Source: an uncultured Bacteroidales bacterium (GTDB taxonomy: Bacteria > Bacteroidota > Bacteroidia > Bacteroidales > Paludibacteraceae). Taken from it: a DNA stretch of 64,000 nucleotides. A program made the translations under genes and the position numbers. Positions 27,407 to 35,126 of this stretch are shown here, in pieces (position 1 is the stretch's first letter; each line of letters starts with the position of its first letter). The stretch lies in contig CAMNMN010000011.1 in NCBI GenBank assembly GCA_946544705.1, forward strand, positions 2,408 to 66,407. Direction: 5' to 3'. The notes under the pieces are model-generated. The model saw only the letters and a program-made list of their open reading frames with translations, ran no database searches and was not told where the DNA came from.

Positions 27407-27823
27407 TTAGGATTTTTGCGCCATGGCGATGTTGAGCGGGAACGCGGCTCTCGGTGTAGCGAGCGCTTTGATTTTCTCTGCGATAACAGGATCGAAACCT
27501 TTCTTGTCTCCGTTTTGCTCAGCGGGCGCTTGCTCCTGTGCGTCGGCAGGGGTTAAGATCAGTTTCACTTGTTCCATGGTGGGTTCGCCTCCTACGGGGC
27601 ACGCCAATCCATCGATACCACCGGCTTTGACGCATGCCTCCGCAAAATTGCGGCATCCGGCAAAACCGCATCCGCCGCAGTTGGCACCCGGCAGCGCAGC
27701 CGCCACGAGGTCAATGCGCGGATCTTCTTCCACTTTGAAGAACAGGCTGACAACATACAGCAGGATAGCTGCGAGTAAGGCTGTCACGCCCAGAACTCCC
27801 ATTGAAATCAGGATTAAATTCAT
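27407..27823 (-). CDS. rnfB: Short RnfB-like subunit: TM helix plus N-terminal Fe-S cluster domain only
   Basis: LPGANCGGCGFAGCRNFAEACV..ACPVGGEPTMEQV matches the N-terminal part of RnfB/RsxB. The ORF stops at 138 aa, and no CxxCxxCxxxCP ferredoxin motifs follow. Confidence 0.75.
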   Translation of the reverse strand: MNLILISMGVLGVTALLAAILLYVVSLFFKVEEDPRIDLVAAALPGANCGGCGFAGCRNFAEACVKAGGIDGLACPVGGEPTMEQVKLILTPADAQEQAPAEQNGDKKGFDPVIAEKIKALATPRAAFPLNIAMAQKS

Positions 27824-27853
27824 GTTTTTGGATTTTAGTTTGTTTGTTATTGA

Positions 27854-28273
27854 TTAGATTTTTCTTGCCGTGAATGAAAACTGGGTTTGCAATCGGTGCT
27901 TAAAGACGCTGAGTCCGATATAATACAGGGCGATCCCGCAGAGGGAAATAGTGCCGACGACGGCTTCAGGCCATGAGGTAAGCACATCGAGGATAGCGAT
28001 AAGGGCGATCATGACGATGAAGGGGAGTATATAGGCGAGGAGGACGGCTTTCCAAGCGAGCCGCTCTCGCACCAGCACCTCCACTTTGTCGCCGGGCTGC
28101 ATGGGCTCGAGCATGACGGCGTCCATCTCTTTCTCCCGGCTCTCGGCGGACATGCACATGCTCTTGGCCTTGCACGCCGAGCAGGCACTCGTCTGCACGA
28201 TCCGGATATGCGCCAGCTCTCCGCCGACGCTCATCACGATGCCCTCATGTCGTATCATTTCGTCCATGTCCAT
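27854..28273 (-). CDS. RseC/MucC-family small membrane protein (first gene of the rnf operon)
   Basis: GIVMSVGGELAHIRIVQTSACSACKAKSMC plus two C-terminal TM helices, which is the typical RseC architecture. Confidence 0.75.
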   Translation of the reverse strand: MDMDEMIRHEGIVMSVGGELAHIRIVQTSACSACKAKSMCMSAESREKEMDAVMLEPMQPGDKVEVLVRERLAWKAVLLAYILPFIVMIALIAILDVLTSWPEAVVGTISLCGIALYYIGLSVFKHRLQTQFSFTARKI

Positions 28274-28287
28274 ACTTAAAGCGGCTG

Positions 28288-28295
28288 CAAAGATA
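28288..28295 (-). promoter_or_regulatory. -7 promoter box TATCTTTG for the rseC-rnf operon
   Basis: Plus-strand caaagata, 14 nt upstream of the ATG at 28273. Confidence 0.55.
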
Positions 28296-28410
28296 GCAAT
28301 TATTTTTTATTTACGCAAGCGCACGCGAACTTTATTTTCTAAAAAGCGTTTTTTTTGACGAAAAATCAAGTACTTTGTACTTTTTGCTTTTTTATATCAA
28401 TTATTTTTTG

Positions 28411-28418
28411 TACTTTTG
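28411..28418 (+). promoter_or_regulatory. -7 promoter box TACTTTTG for ftsK
   Basis: 19 nt upstream of the ATG at 28438. Confidence 0.55.
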
Positions 28419-28437
28419 CGCACTAAATTGAGTTACT

Positions 28438-31035
28438 ATGCCCCGAACTACATCCAAACTAAGCAATATGCAGGCAGATGCCCCCCGTCGCGCCATCAAG
28501 GTGGAGAAGCCGAGCGTGTGGGAATCGGTGCGTTTGTTTCTGAACGCCCGGGAGACCCGTATGGTGTGCGGGATCGTGCTGCTGACCTTTTCCGTGATCG
28601 CCCTGCTGGCGTATGTGAGTTATCTTTTCACCGGTCCGTCCGATCAGTCGATACTGTCCCTTTCCCGTCCGGAGCGCATCGCTAACCGCGAGGCGATACG
28701 GAATCTGTTAGGTTTGCCGGGCGCCGTGCTGGCGCGGTTTATGATCGACGGCAGTTTCGGATTTATGTCCGTGCTGCTGGCGTTGATGATCGGTGCATAC
28801 GCTTTGCGTATCATGCATGTTTTCCGGGATATACCGGCGCTGAAGATATTCCTCTGCGGTACCTTTGTGGTGCTATGGGGTTCTGTGACGCTGGGTTTTG
28901 CGCACAACATGGTGCACCAGACGGGTGTGTTCCTCTGGGGCGGCGCTTTCGGCGAAGCTTCGGCACGATGGATGGTCAGTTATCTGAACGAATTGGGGAC
29001 GGGCATTATTCTGGTAGTGGCGCTGACGATATTTCTGGTAGTGAGCGATGAGAGGTTTATCGACCGATGCAAGTCTTTCGGGATCTGGTTCGCGGGTTTA
29101 TTCAAGAAGAAGGCGCCGAAAGAGCCGGACGAGGATACGGAGGTGACGATCGATCTGCCGATAGACGGCGGAGAGCCTACCCCAGGAAGTTCTCTGAAAG
29201 GAGGGGAGATGAGCAGTGAGGGTGACGAAGTGACCTTCACGATAGAGCCGATAGGGGGCGAAGGCGACGAGCCGGAGATAGCGATCGAGGAGCCTACCGA
29301 GCCGGAGGCGCCGGAGTTGCCGGACGACGGAGGTCCTGCGGACGGTACGCTGACGGATCTGCTGAAGGAAGAAAGCAAGAGACCCGAAGAGGAAAAGCCC
29401 AAGGATCCGGATCTGGAGATAGAGGATGTGGCGGAGGATGAGTTATACACCAAGGACCCGGACAAGCTATTAGAGAAACTCGGTCCGTACGACCCGCGCA
29501 AAGATCTGGAGTTCTACAAGTTCCCGAGTCTGGGGTTGCTGAAAGTATATGACAACGAGGCCGCTCCGGTGATCGACGAAGAGGAGCAGCGGGCGAACGG
29601 CGCACGTATCGTGACGACGCTTCGCAACTATGGCATAGAAATTGATAGCATCAAAGCGACGGTCGGACCGACCGTGACGCTCTATGAGATAGTGCCGAAA
29701 GCCGGTATCCGCGTAGCGAAGATCCAGGCGCTGGAGAACGATATCATGATGAGTCTGAGCGCTACCGGTATCCGTATTATTGCTCCGATGCCGGGAAAGG
29801 GAACAATCGGTATCGAGGTGCCGAACGAGAAGCCGCAGGTGGTAAGCATGCACTCGGTGATCGCTTCCAAGAGGTTTCAGGAAGAGACGAAGATGAAGCT
29901 GCCGATCGCCTACGGACGGACGATCACGAACGAGGTGTTCATGTTCGACTTAGCGAAGACGCCGCACTTGCTGGTAGCCGGTGCGACAGGAACAGGTAAG
30001 TCCGTAGCCATCAACGCGATCATCACTTCGCTGCTGTACAAGAAACATCCGGCGGAGCTGAAGCTGGTGATGGTCGATCCGAAGATGGTAGAGTTCGCTC
30101 CGTACAAGCCGCTGCTGAAACATTTCTTAGCGGCGATGCCGGACACCGATCCGGAGCAGATCGTCATCACCGACTGCGACAAGGTGGTGAACACATTGAA
30201 TTCGCTGGTGATCGAGATGGAGAACCGGTACAAACTGCTGATGGATGCGGGCGTGCGCAATCTGGAGGACTACAACGACAAGTTCGTCCGCAGACGGCTG
30301 AATCCCAACAAGTTGGTGGGCGACAGTCTGCATCACCAATACCTGCCCTATATCGTCATCATCATCGACGAGTACGGCGATTTCATCATGCAGGCGGGCA
30401 AGCAGGTGGAGACGCCTATCGCCCGTATCACGCAGAAAGCGCGCGCCGTAGGAATGCACATGATCCTGGCAACCCAGCGTCCGAGTGTCAATATTGTGAC
30501 GGGTGTGATCAAGGCGAATATCCCTACGCGTATTGCGCTTCGCACGCAGAGTGTGATTGACAGCCGTACGGTGCTGGATGCGAAGGGAGCGGAGCAGTTG
30601 ATCGGCCGCGGCGACAGCCTCTATGCCGGCAACGCCAGCATCACCCGTGTACAGTGCGCGTTCGTCGATACACCGGAGGTGGACGAGATAGTGAAGCATA
30701 TCTCCAAACAGCAACGCTATACCGAACCGTATCAGTTGCCGGAGTATGTAGGCGAAGGCGGCGAAGGGGAAGCTTTGGCTCCTGGCAGCGTGGATATGAA
30801 ACGGCTCGATCCGATGTTCGCGGACGTAGCGAGGTACGTGGTGACCAAACAGGAAGGTTCGACGAGCCGTCTGCAGCGTGCGTTCGAGATCGGTTATAAC
30901 CGCGCCGGCAAACTGTCCGACCAACTGGAGGCTGCCGGCATCGTGGGCCCGAACAAAGGTCCGAAGGGAAGGGACGTGCTGATACAAGATTTGGACCAAC
31001 TGGAGAAACTGCTGGAGGAACTGGGAGTCAGGTAA
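28438..31035 (+). CDS. ftsK: DNA translocase FtsK/SpoIIIE
   Basis: N-terminal TM helices, an acidic/Pro-rich linker, Walker A GATGTGKS, Walker B IIIDEYGD, and a gamma winged-helix domain (STSRLQRAFEIGYNRAGKLSDQLE). Confidence 0.95.
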   Translation: MPRTTSKLSNMQADAPRRAIKVEKPSVWESVRLFLNARETRMVCGIVLLTFSVIALLAYVSYLFTGPSDQSILSLSRPERIANREAIRNLLGLPGAVLARFMIDGSFGFMSVLLALMIGAYALRIMHVFRDIPALKIFLCGTFVVLWGSVTLGFAHNMVHQTGVFLWGGAFGEASARWMVSYLNELGTGIILVVALTIFLVVSDERFIDRCKSFGIWFAGLFKKKAPKEPDEDTEVTIDLPIDGGEPTPGSSLKGGEMSSEGDEVTFTIEPIGGEGDEPEIAIEEPTEPEAPELPDDGGPADGTLTDLLKEESKRPEEEKPKDPDLEIEDVAEDELYTKDPDKLLEKLGPYDPRKDLEFYKFPSLGLLKVYDNEAAPVIDEEEQRANGARIVTTLRNYGIEIDSIKATVGPTVTLYEIVPKAGIRVAKIQALENDIMMSLSATGIRIIAPMPGKGTIGIEVPNEKPQVVSMHSVIASKRFQEETKMKLPIAYGRTITNEVFMFDLAKTPHLLVAGATGTGKSVAINAIITSLLYKKHPAELKLVMVDPKMVEFAPYKPLLKHFLAAMPDTDPEQIVITDCDKVVNTLNSLVIEMENRYKLLMDAGVRNLEDYNDKFVRRRLNPNKLVGDSLHHQYLPYIVIIIDEYGDFIMQAGKQVETPIARITQKARAVGMHMILATQRPSVNIVTGVIKANIPTRIALRTQSVIDSRTVLDAKGAEQLIGRGDSLYAGNASITRVQCAFVDTPEVDEIVKHISKQQRYTEPYQLPEYVGEGGEGEALAPGSVDMKRLDPMFADVARYVVTKQEGSTSRLQRAFEIGYNRAGKLSDQLEAAGIVGPNKGPKGRDVLIQDLDQLEKLLEELGVR

Positions 31036-31089
31036 GGTACTAAGGGACTAAGTACCAAGTACAAAGTACAAGGGACGAGGTACAAAGAC
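31033..31089 (+). repeat. GTAC-word array filling the ftsK/lolA-like spacer
   Basis: taaggtactaagggactaagtaccaagtacaaagtacaagggacgaggtacaaagac, starting at the ftsK stop codon. Confidence 0.85.
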
Positions 31090-31094
31090 TAAAT

Positions 31095-31682
31095 ATGAAA
31101 GGGTTATTAATTATATTATCGGTTTTGACGAGTTTCTTAACGAATCTCGAGCAGAAGACTTTGAAGTCGCAGTTTACCGTCACGGTGAGTGAAGAGGTGA
31201 ATGCACCGATGAATTTTCCCGGCGAGATCATCATGCAGGGGAGTAAGTTCCGTCTGGAGATGTTCGACCTCGAGGCGGCGTACGACGGCAAGACGATGTA
31301 TATGTACTCCGCCCAGACCGATGAGTTGACGCTCTCGAACCCTACGGAGCAGGAGTTGGTGGAAGCGAATCCGCTGCTGTACGCCAAGGCGCTGGTAGGA
31401 GTTTGTAACATAACGGAGCGGGCGACGCAGGACGGTTCGCAGACGATAGTGACGCTGACGCCGAAGGACCAGAGTATCGGTATCAACCGCTTTGTGCTGA
31501 AGGTGCGAAACAGCGACCTGATGCCGCTGTCGGTGGAGATCAAAGAGGGCAAAAAGACTTCGACACTGAAGATGAAAGAGCCGAAATTTATACAAAGTGA
31601 CAAAGTACAAAGTACGAAGGATGATTCAATTTTCAGCCTTCAAGCCGATAAGAATACATACATTAACGATATGAGATTTTAG
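31095..31682 (+). CDS. lolA: LolA-like outer-membrane lipoprotein carrier protein
   Basis: Signal peptide, about 195 aa, sits immediately after ftsK (conserved ftsK-lolA synteny). Typical block GSKFRLEMFDLEAAYDGKTMYMYS. Confidence 0.65.
   Translation: MKGLLIILSVLTSFLTNLEQKTLKSQFTVTVSEEVNAPMNFPGEIIMQGSKFRLEMFDLEAAYDGKTMYMYSAQTDELTLSNPTEQELVEANPLLYAKALVGVCNITERATQDGSQTIVTLTPKDQSIGINRFVLKVRNSDLMPLSVEIKEGKKTSTLKMKEPKFIQSDKVQSTKDDSIFSLQADKNTYINDMRF
31592..31620 (+). repeat. GTAC-word array in frame near the C-terminus of the LolA-like protein
   Basis: acaaagtgacaaagtacaaagtacgaagg, encoding SDKVQSTKD. Confidence 0.75.
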
Positions 31683-31686
31683 CAAT

Positions 31687-32652
31687 ATGAATAGAGTAAA
31701 ATGTTTGATAATAGGTTCCGGTCCTGCGGGATACACGGCTGCTATCTATGCGAGCCGTGCTAATCTGGAGCCGGTGCTGATAGAAGGTCCGCAGCTTGGC
31801 GGGCAGTTGACGACCACGACGGAGGTGGAGAATTTTCCGGGTTATCCGGACGGCGTAGAGCCGTTCACGATGATGGACGACATGCGCCGTCAGGCAGAAC
31901 GCTTCGGCACAAAATTCGTGTCGGGTATTGTGACCAAGGTAGATTTCTCTGTCAGTCCGAAGAAAGTATGGGTGGAAGATACGGAGGAATATGAAGCGGA
32001 TGCAGTGATCATTGCTACGGGCGCGAGTGCCAAATACCTCGGCATTGAGAGCGAGCGGACGTACAAAGGCCGCGGCGTGAGTGCTTGCGCCACCTGCGAC
32101 GGTTTCTTCTATCGCAAGAAAACGGTAGCGGTAGTAGGCGGCGGAGACACCGCCTGCGAAGAGGCCAATTATCTGGCGGGGCTCTGCGAGAAGGTCTATA
32201 TGATTGTTCGCAAACCCTATCTTCGTGCTTCGGAGATCATGCAGCAACGCGTGCTGAACAACCCGAAGATAGAGGTGCTTTTTGAGCATAATACGCTGCA
32301 GTTGACGGGTGAAGGCAAGGTACAGGGAGCAGACCTGGTGTACCGCAAAGGCGAGCCGGACGAAGCGATGCGGCATATAGCCATCGACGGTTTCTTCCTG
32401 GCTATCGGTCATCATCCGAACACAGAGTTATTCAAGGACTATGTAGCCCGCGACGCTGAGGGGTACATCATCGTAGATGGAGCCTCTACGCAATGTTTCT
32501 CCCTTCCCTTTAGGGAGGGGCAAGGGGTAGGCCTTCCCGGTGTCTTTGCCGCCGGAGACTGCGCCGATCCGCATTATCGCCAGGCTATCGTCGCTGCCGG
32601 AAGCGGTGCCAAAGCGGCTATCGAAGCAGACAAATATATCAAGAGTTTGTAA
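31687..32652 (+). CDS. trxB: Thioredoxin-disulfide reductase
   Basis: GSGPAGYTAAIYASRA (FAD), redox-active CATCDG, GGGDTACEEA (NADPH), GVFAAGD. Confidence 0.95.
   Translation: MNRVKCLIIGSGPAGYTAAIYASRANLEPVLIEGPQLGGQLTTTTEVENFPGYPDGVEPFTMMDDMRRQAERFGTKFVSGIVTKVDFSVSPKKVWVEDTEEYEADAVIIATGASAKYLGIESERTYKGRGVSACATCDGFFYRKKTVAVVGGGDTACEEANYLAGLCEKVYMIVRKPYLRASEIMQQRVLNNPKIEVLFEHNTLQLTGEGKVQGADLVYRKGEPDEAMRHIAIDGFFLAIGHHPNTELFKDYVARDAEGYIIVDGASTQCFSLPFREGQGVGLPGVFAAGDCADPHYRQAIVAAGSGAKAAIEADKYIKSL
32498..32534 (+). repeat. G-rich hairpin element, copy 3, inserted in frame in trxB
   Basis: tctCCCTTCCCtttaGGGAGGGGcaaggggtaggcct. About 28 of 35 positions match the 8661 copy by hand alignment, with stem-preserving changes. 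Encodes SLPFREGQGVGL just before GVFAAGD. Confidence 0.8.
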
Positions 32653-32667
32653 GAAATAAAACAAAAT

Positions 32668-33033
32668 ATGAAAGAAATAACCACCAAAAAACTATTAGAC
32701 ACTATTATTGAGGGTGTACGCAACCGCAAAGGGCAGCGGATTGTGACTATTGACTTGCGCAAGATCAAAGAAGCGCCCGTAGAGATGATGCTGATCTGCG
32801 AGGGTCAGAGTAATACCCAGGTATCCGCTATCGCAGACGAGATAGATGATTTTGTCAGGACGAAGACGCATGTTCACCCTTTGAGTGTGGCGGGTCAGGA
32901 AAACGCAGAGTGGATAGCGATGGATTACGGCACAATCTTCGTGCATGTGATGCAGCGTGAGCCGCGGGCATTCTATGACATCGAGCACCTCTGGGCAGAC
33001 GGAAAAATTACGGAACTGCCGGAGATGCTATGA
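32668..33033 (+). CDS. rsfS: Ribosome silencing factor RsfS
   Basis: 121 aa, with MLICEGQSNTQVSAIAD..EWIAMDYGTIFVHVM typical of RsfS/YbeB. Confidence 0.88.
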   Translation: MKEITTKKLLDTIIEGVRNRKGQRIVTIDLRKIKEAPVEMMLICEGQSNTQVSAIADEIDDFVRTKTHVHPLSVAGQENAEWIAMDYGTIFVHVMQREPRAFYDIEHLWADGKITELPEML

Positions 33034-33074
33034 GCGTTAAATTGTTAAATTGTTAAACCGTTAAACTATTATCA
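33034..33074. repeat. Octamer-word array spacer
   Basis: gcGTTAAATTGTTAAATTGTTAAACCGTTAAACtattatca between rsfS and ftsH. Confidence 0.7.
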
Positions 33075-35126
33075 ATGGCAGAAAAGAGAAATAACAAGCC
33101 GCAAAGAAAAGGCCCGCAACCCTCCGGAGGACGCCGGTGGATCAGTCTGGTGCTCTATACCCTCGCTTTTGCGTTGATGGGTTTCTATTTCTTTGGGGAC
33201 AAAGAAGGTGCCGGTGCGAGCAAAGAGTTGAGTTACACCAAACTCACCGCATATATCGAAGCCGGAGCGATAGAGAAGATAGAGGTGTCGGACGACTTGC
33301 AGGCGAAAGCAACCGTGAAGCCGCAGAGTTACACGCTCGTTTTCGGGACGCAAGGCGACGGGGAGAAAGCCAAAGGTGTGCTGAGAACCCAGGTGCCTGC
33401 AGTAGATGAGTTTTCCAAATATATGGATGCGGTCAATACTGCCCGCAAGGAAGCCGGTCAGGCCGCTATCGATGTGACTTACACCAAGTCGCGCGACTAC
33501 TGGTATCTCATCCTCGTGAATATCCTTCCGTTCGTACTGATCGTTTTATTCTTCGTCTATATGAGCCGCGGCATAGGCAGCGCCGGCGGAGCAGGAGGTA
33601 TATTCGGTGTAGGGAAAGCGCAGGCGCAGCTATTCGACAGCAATAAAAAAGACAAAGTGACCTTCCAGGATGTGGCGGGTCTCTACGGCGCGAAACAGGA
33701 GGTACAAGAGATCGTAGAGTTTCTCAAGAATCCGAAGAAATACACGGAGATAGGAGCCAAGATCCCCAAAGGAGCACTTCTCGTAGGTCCTCCGGGAACA
33801 GGTAAGACCTTGCTGGCCAAAGCGGTAGCGGGTGAAGCGAACGTGCCGTTCTTCTCGATGAGCGGTTCGGATTTCGTGGAGATGTTCGTCGGTGTAGGCG
33901 CCAGTCGCGTACGCGATCTATTCCGTCAGGCGAAAGAGAAAGCTCCAGCTATCATCTTCATCGATGAGATAGACGCTATCGGTCGTGCGCGAGGCAAGAA
34001 CACGTTCACGGGCGGCAATGACGAAAGGGAGAGTACGCTTAACCAGCTGCTGACAGAGATGGACGGGTTCGGCACCAACAGCGGTGTGATCATTCTGGCT
34101 GCCACTAACCGCGCCGATGTGCTGGACGCAGCTCTGCTGCGTGCGGGACGTTTCGACAGGCAGATACATGTCGAGTTGCCGGATTTGCAGGAGCGTAAGG
34201 AGATATTCATGGTGCATCTGCGTCCGCTGAAGTTAGACGAGAGTGTGGATATCGATTTTCTGAGCAAACAGACGCCCGGATTCTCGGGAGCGGATATAGC
34301 GAATGTATGTAACGAGGCGGCCTTGATCGCTGCCCGCGGCGGACGCAAGAAAGTGACCAAACAGGACTTCATGGATGCGGTAGATCGTATCGTAGGCGGT
34401 CTGGAGCGCAAGAACAAGATCATGACTGAGGAGGAGAAGCGCTCTATTGCTTATCACGAAGCGGGTCATGCGACCATCAGTTGGATGCTGCGATGGGCTA
34501 ATCCTCTGGTGAAAGTGACCATTGTGCCGCGCGGCATGGCACTCGGAGCAGCTTGGTATTTGCCGGAAGAGCGTCAGTTAACCAACGAAGAGCATATACT
34601 GGACGAACTCTGTTCGCTGCTCGGCGGCCGCGCCGCAGAACAACTATTCCTAGAGCAGACGTCGACGGGTGCTCTCAATGACTTGGAGCGCGCTACCAAA
34701 CAGGCGTATGCCATGGTGGCTTATTATGGCATGAGCGAGAAACTGAAGGATGTCAGCTTCTACGACTCGACAGGCAAGTACGACTACGGGTTCACCAAAC
34801 CCTACTCGGACAGCACGGCAGAGTTGATAGACAAAGAGACCCAGCGTATCATCGCCGACCAGATGAAGCGTGCAAAGCAGATCCTGACGGAGCATGCGGA
34901 AGGGCATCATCAGATAGCGCAATTGCTGATAGAGCGGGAGGTGATCACCTCCGAAGATGTGGAGCGTATCCTGGGCCCGCGGCCTTGGAAGAGCAGAGGC
35001 GATGAGTTATTGGAAGCCAATGCCGCTTTAGCCGAAGCAGAACAGCCCCAGCCCAAGAAGCGTGCTCCCCGTAAAAAGAAATCTCAAACAACAGACGATA
35101 ATGAAGAACCAAAAACTACTGTTTAG
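33075..35126 (+). CDS. ftsH: ATP-dependent zinc metalloprotease FtsH
   Basis: Two TM helices, Walker A GPPGTGKT, second region of homology, and the HEAGH zinc motif. Confidence 0.96.
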   Translation: MAEKRNNKPQRKGPQPSGGRRWISLVLYTLAFALMGFYFFGDKEGAGASKELSYTKLTAYIEAGAIEKIEVSDDLQAKATVKPQSYTLVFGTQGDGEKAKGVLRTQVPAVDEFSKYMDAVNTARKEAGQAAIDVTYTKSRDYWYLILVNILPFVLIVLFFVYMSRGIGSAGGAGGIFGVGKAQAQLFDSNKKDKVTFQDVAGLYGAKQEVQEIVEFLKNPKKYTEIGAKIPKGALLVGPPGTGKTLLAKAVAGEANVPFFSMSGSDFVEMFVGVGASRVRDLFRQAKEKAPAIIFIDEIDAIGRARGKNTFTGGNDERESTLNQLLTEMDGFGTNSGVIILAATNRADVLDAALLRAGRFDRQIHVELPDLQERKEIFMVHLRPLKLDESVDIDFLSKQTPGFSGADIANVCNEAALIAARGGRKKVTKQDFMDAVDRIVGGLERKNKIMTEEEKRSIAYHEAGHATISWMLRWANPLVKVTIVPRGMALGAAWYLPEERQLTNEEHILDELCSLLGGRAAEQLFLEQTSTGALNDLERATKQAYAMVAYYGMSEKLKDVSFYDSTGKYDYGFTKPYSDSTAELIDKETQRIIADQMKRAKQILTEHAEGHHQIAQLLIEREVITSEDVERILGPRPWKSRGDELLEANAALAEAEQPQPKKRAPRKKKSQTTDDNEEPKTTV

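Noticed and set aside
29180-29215. FtsK linker segment PGSSLKGGEMSS as a further copy of the G-rich hairpin element; likewise the SS[IL]QG[RK]GEKF linkers at about 52440-52466 and 54283-54310
   Set aside because: They share only a short purine-rich AGGGGAGA/GGGAA core. The FtsK site has no convincing stem. The similarity is too weak to call without a genome-wide model.
31033-31089. Whether the word arrays could be CRISPR arrays
   Set aside because: The units are only 7-8 nt, directly abutting, imperfect, and have no spacers. No cas genes are present in the window.
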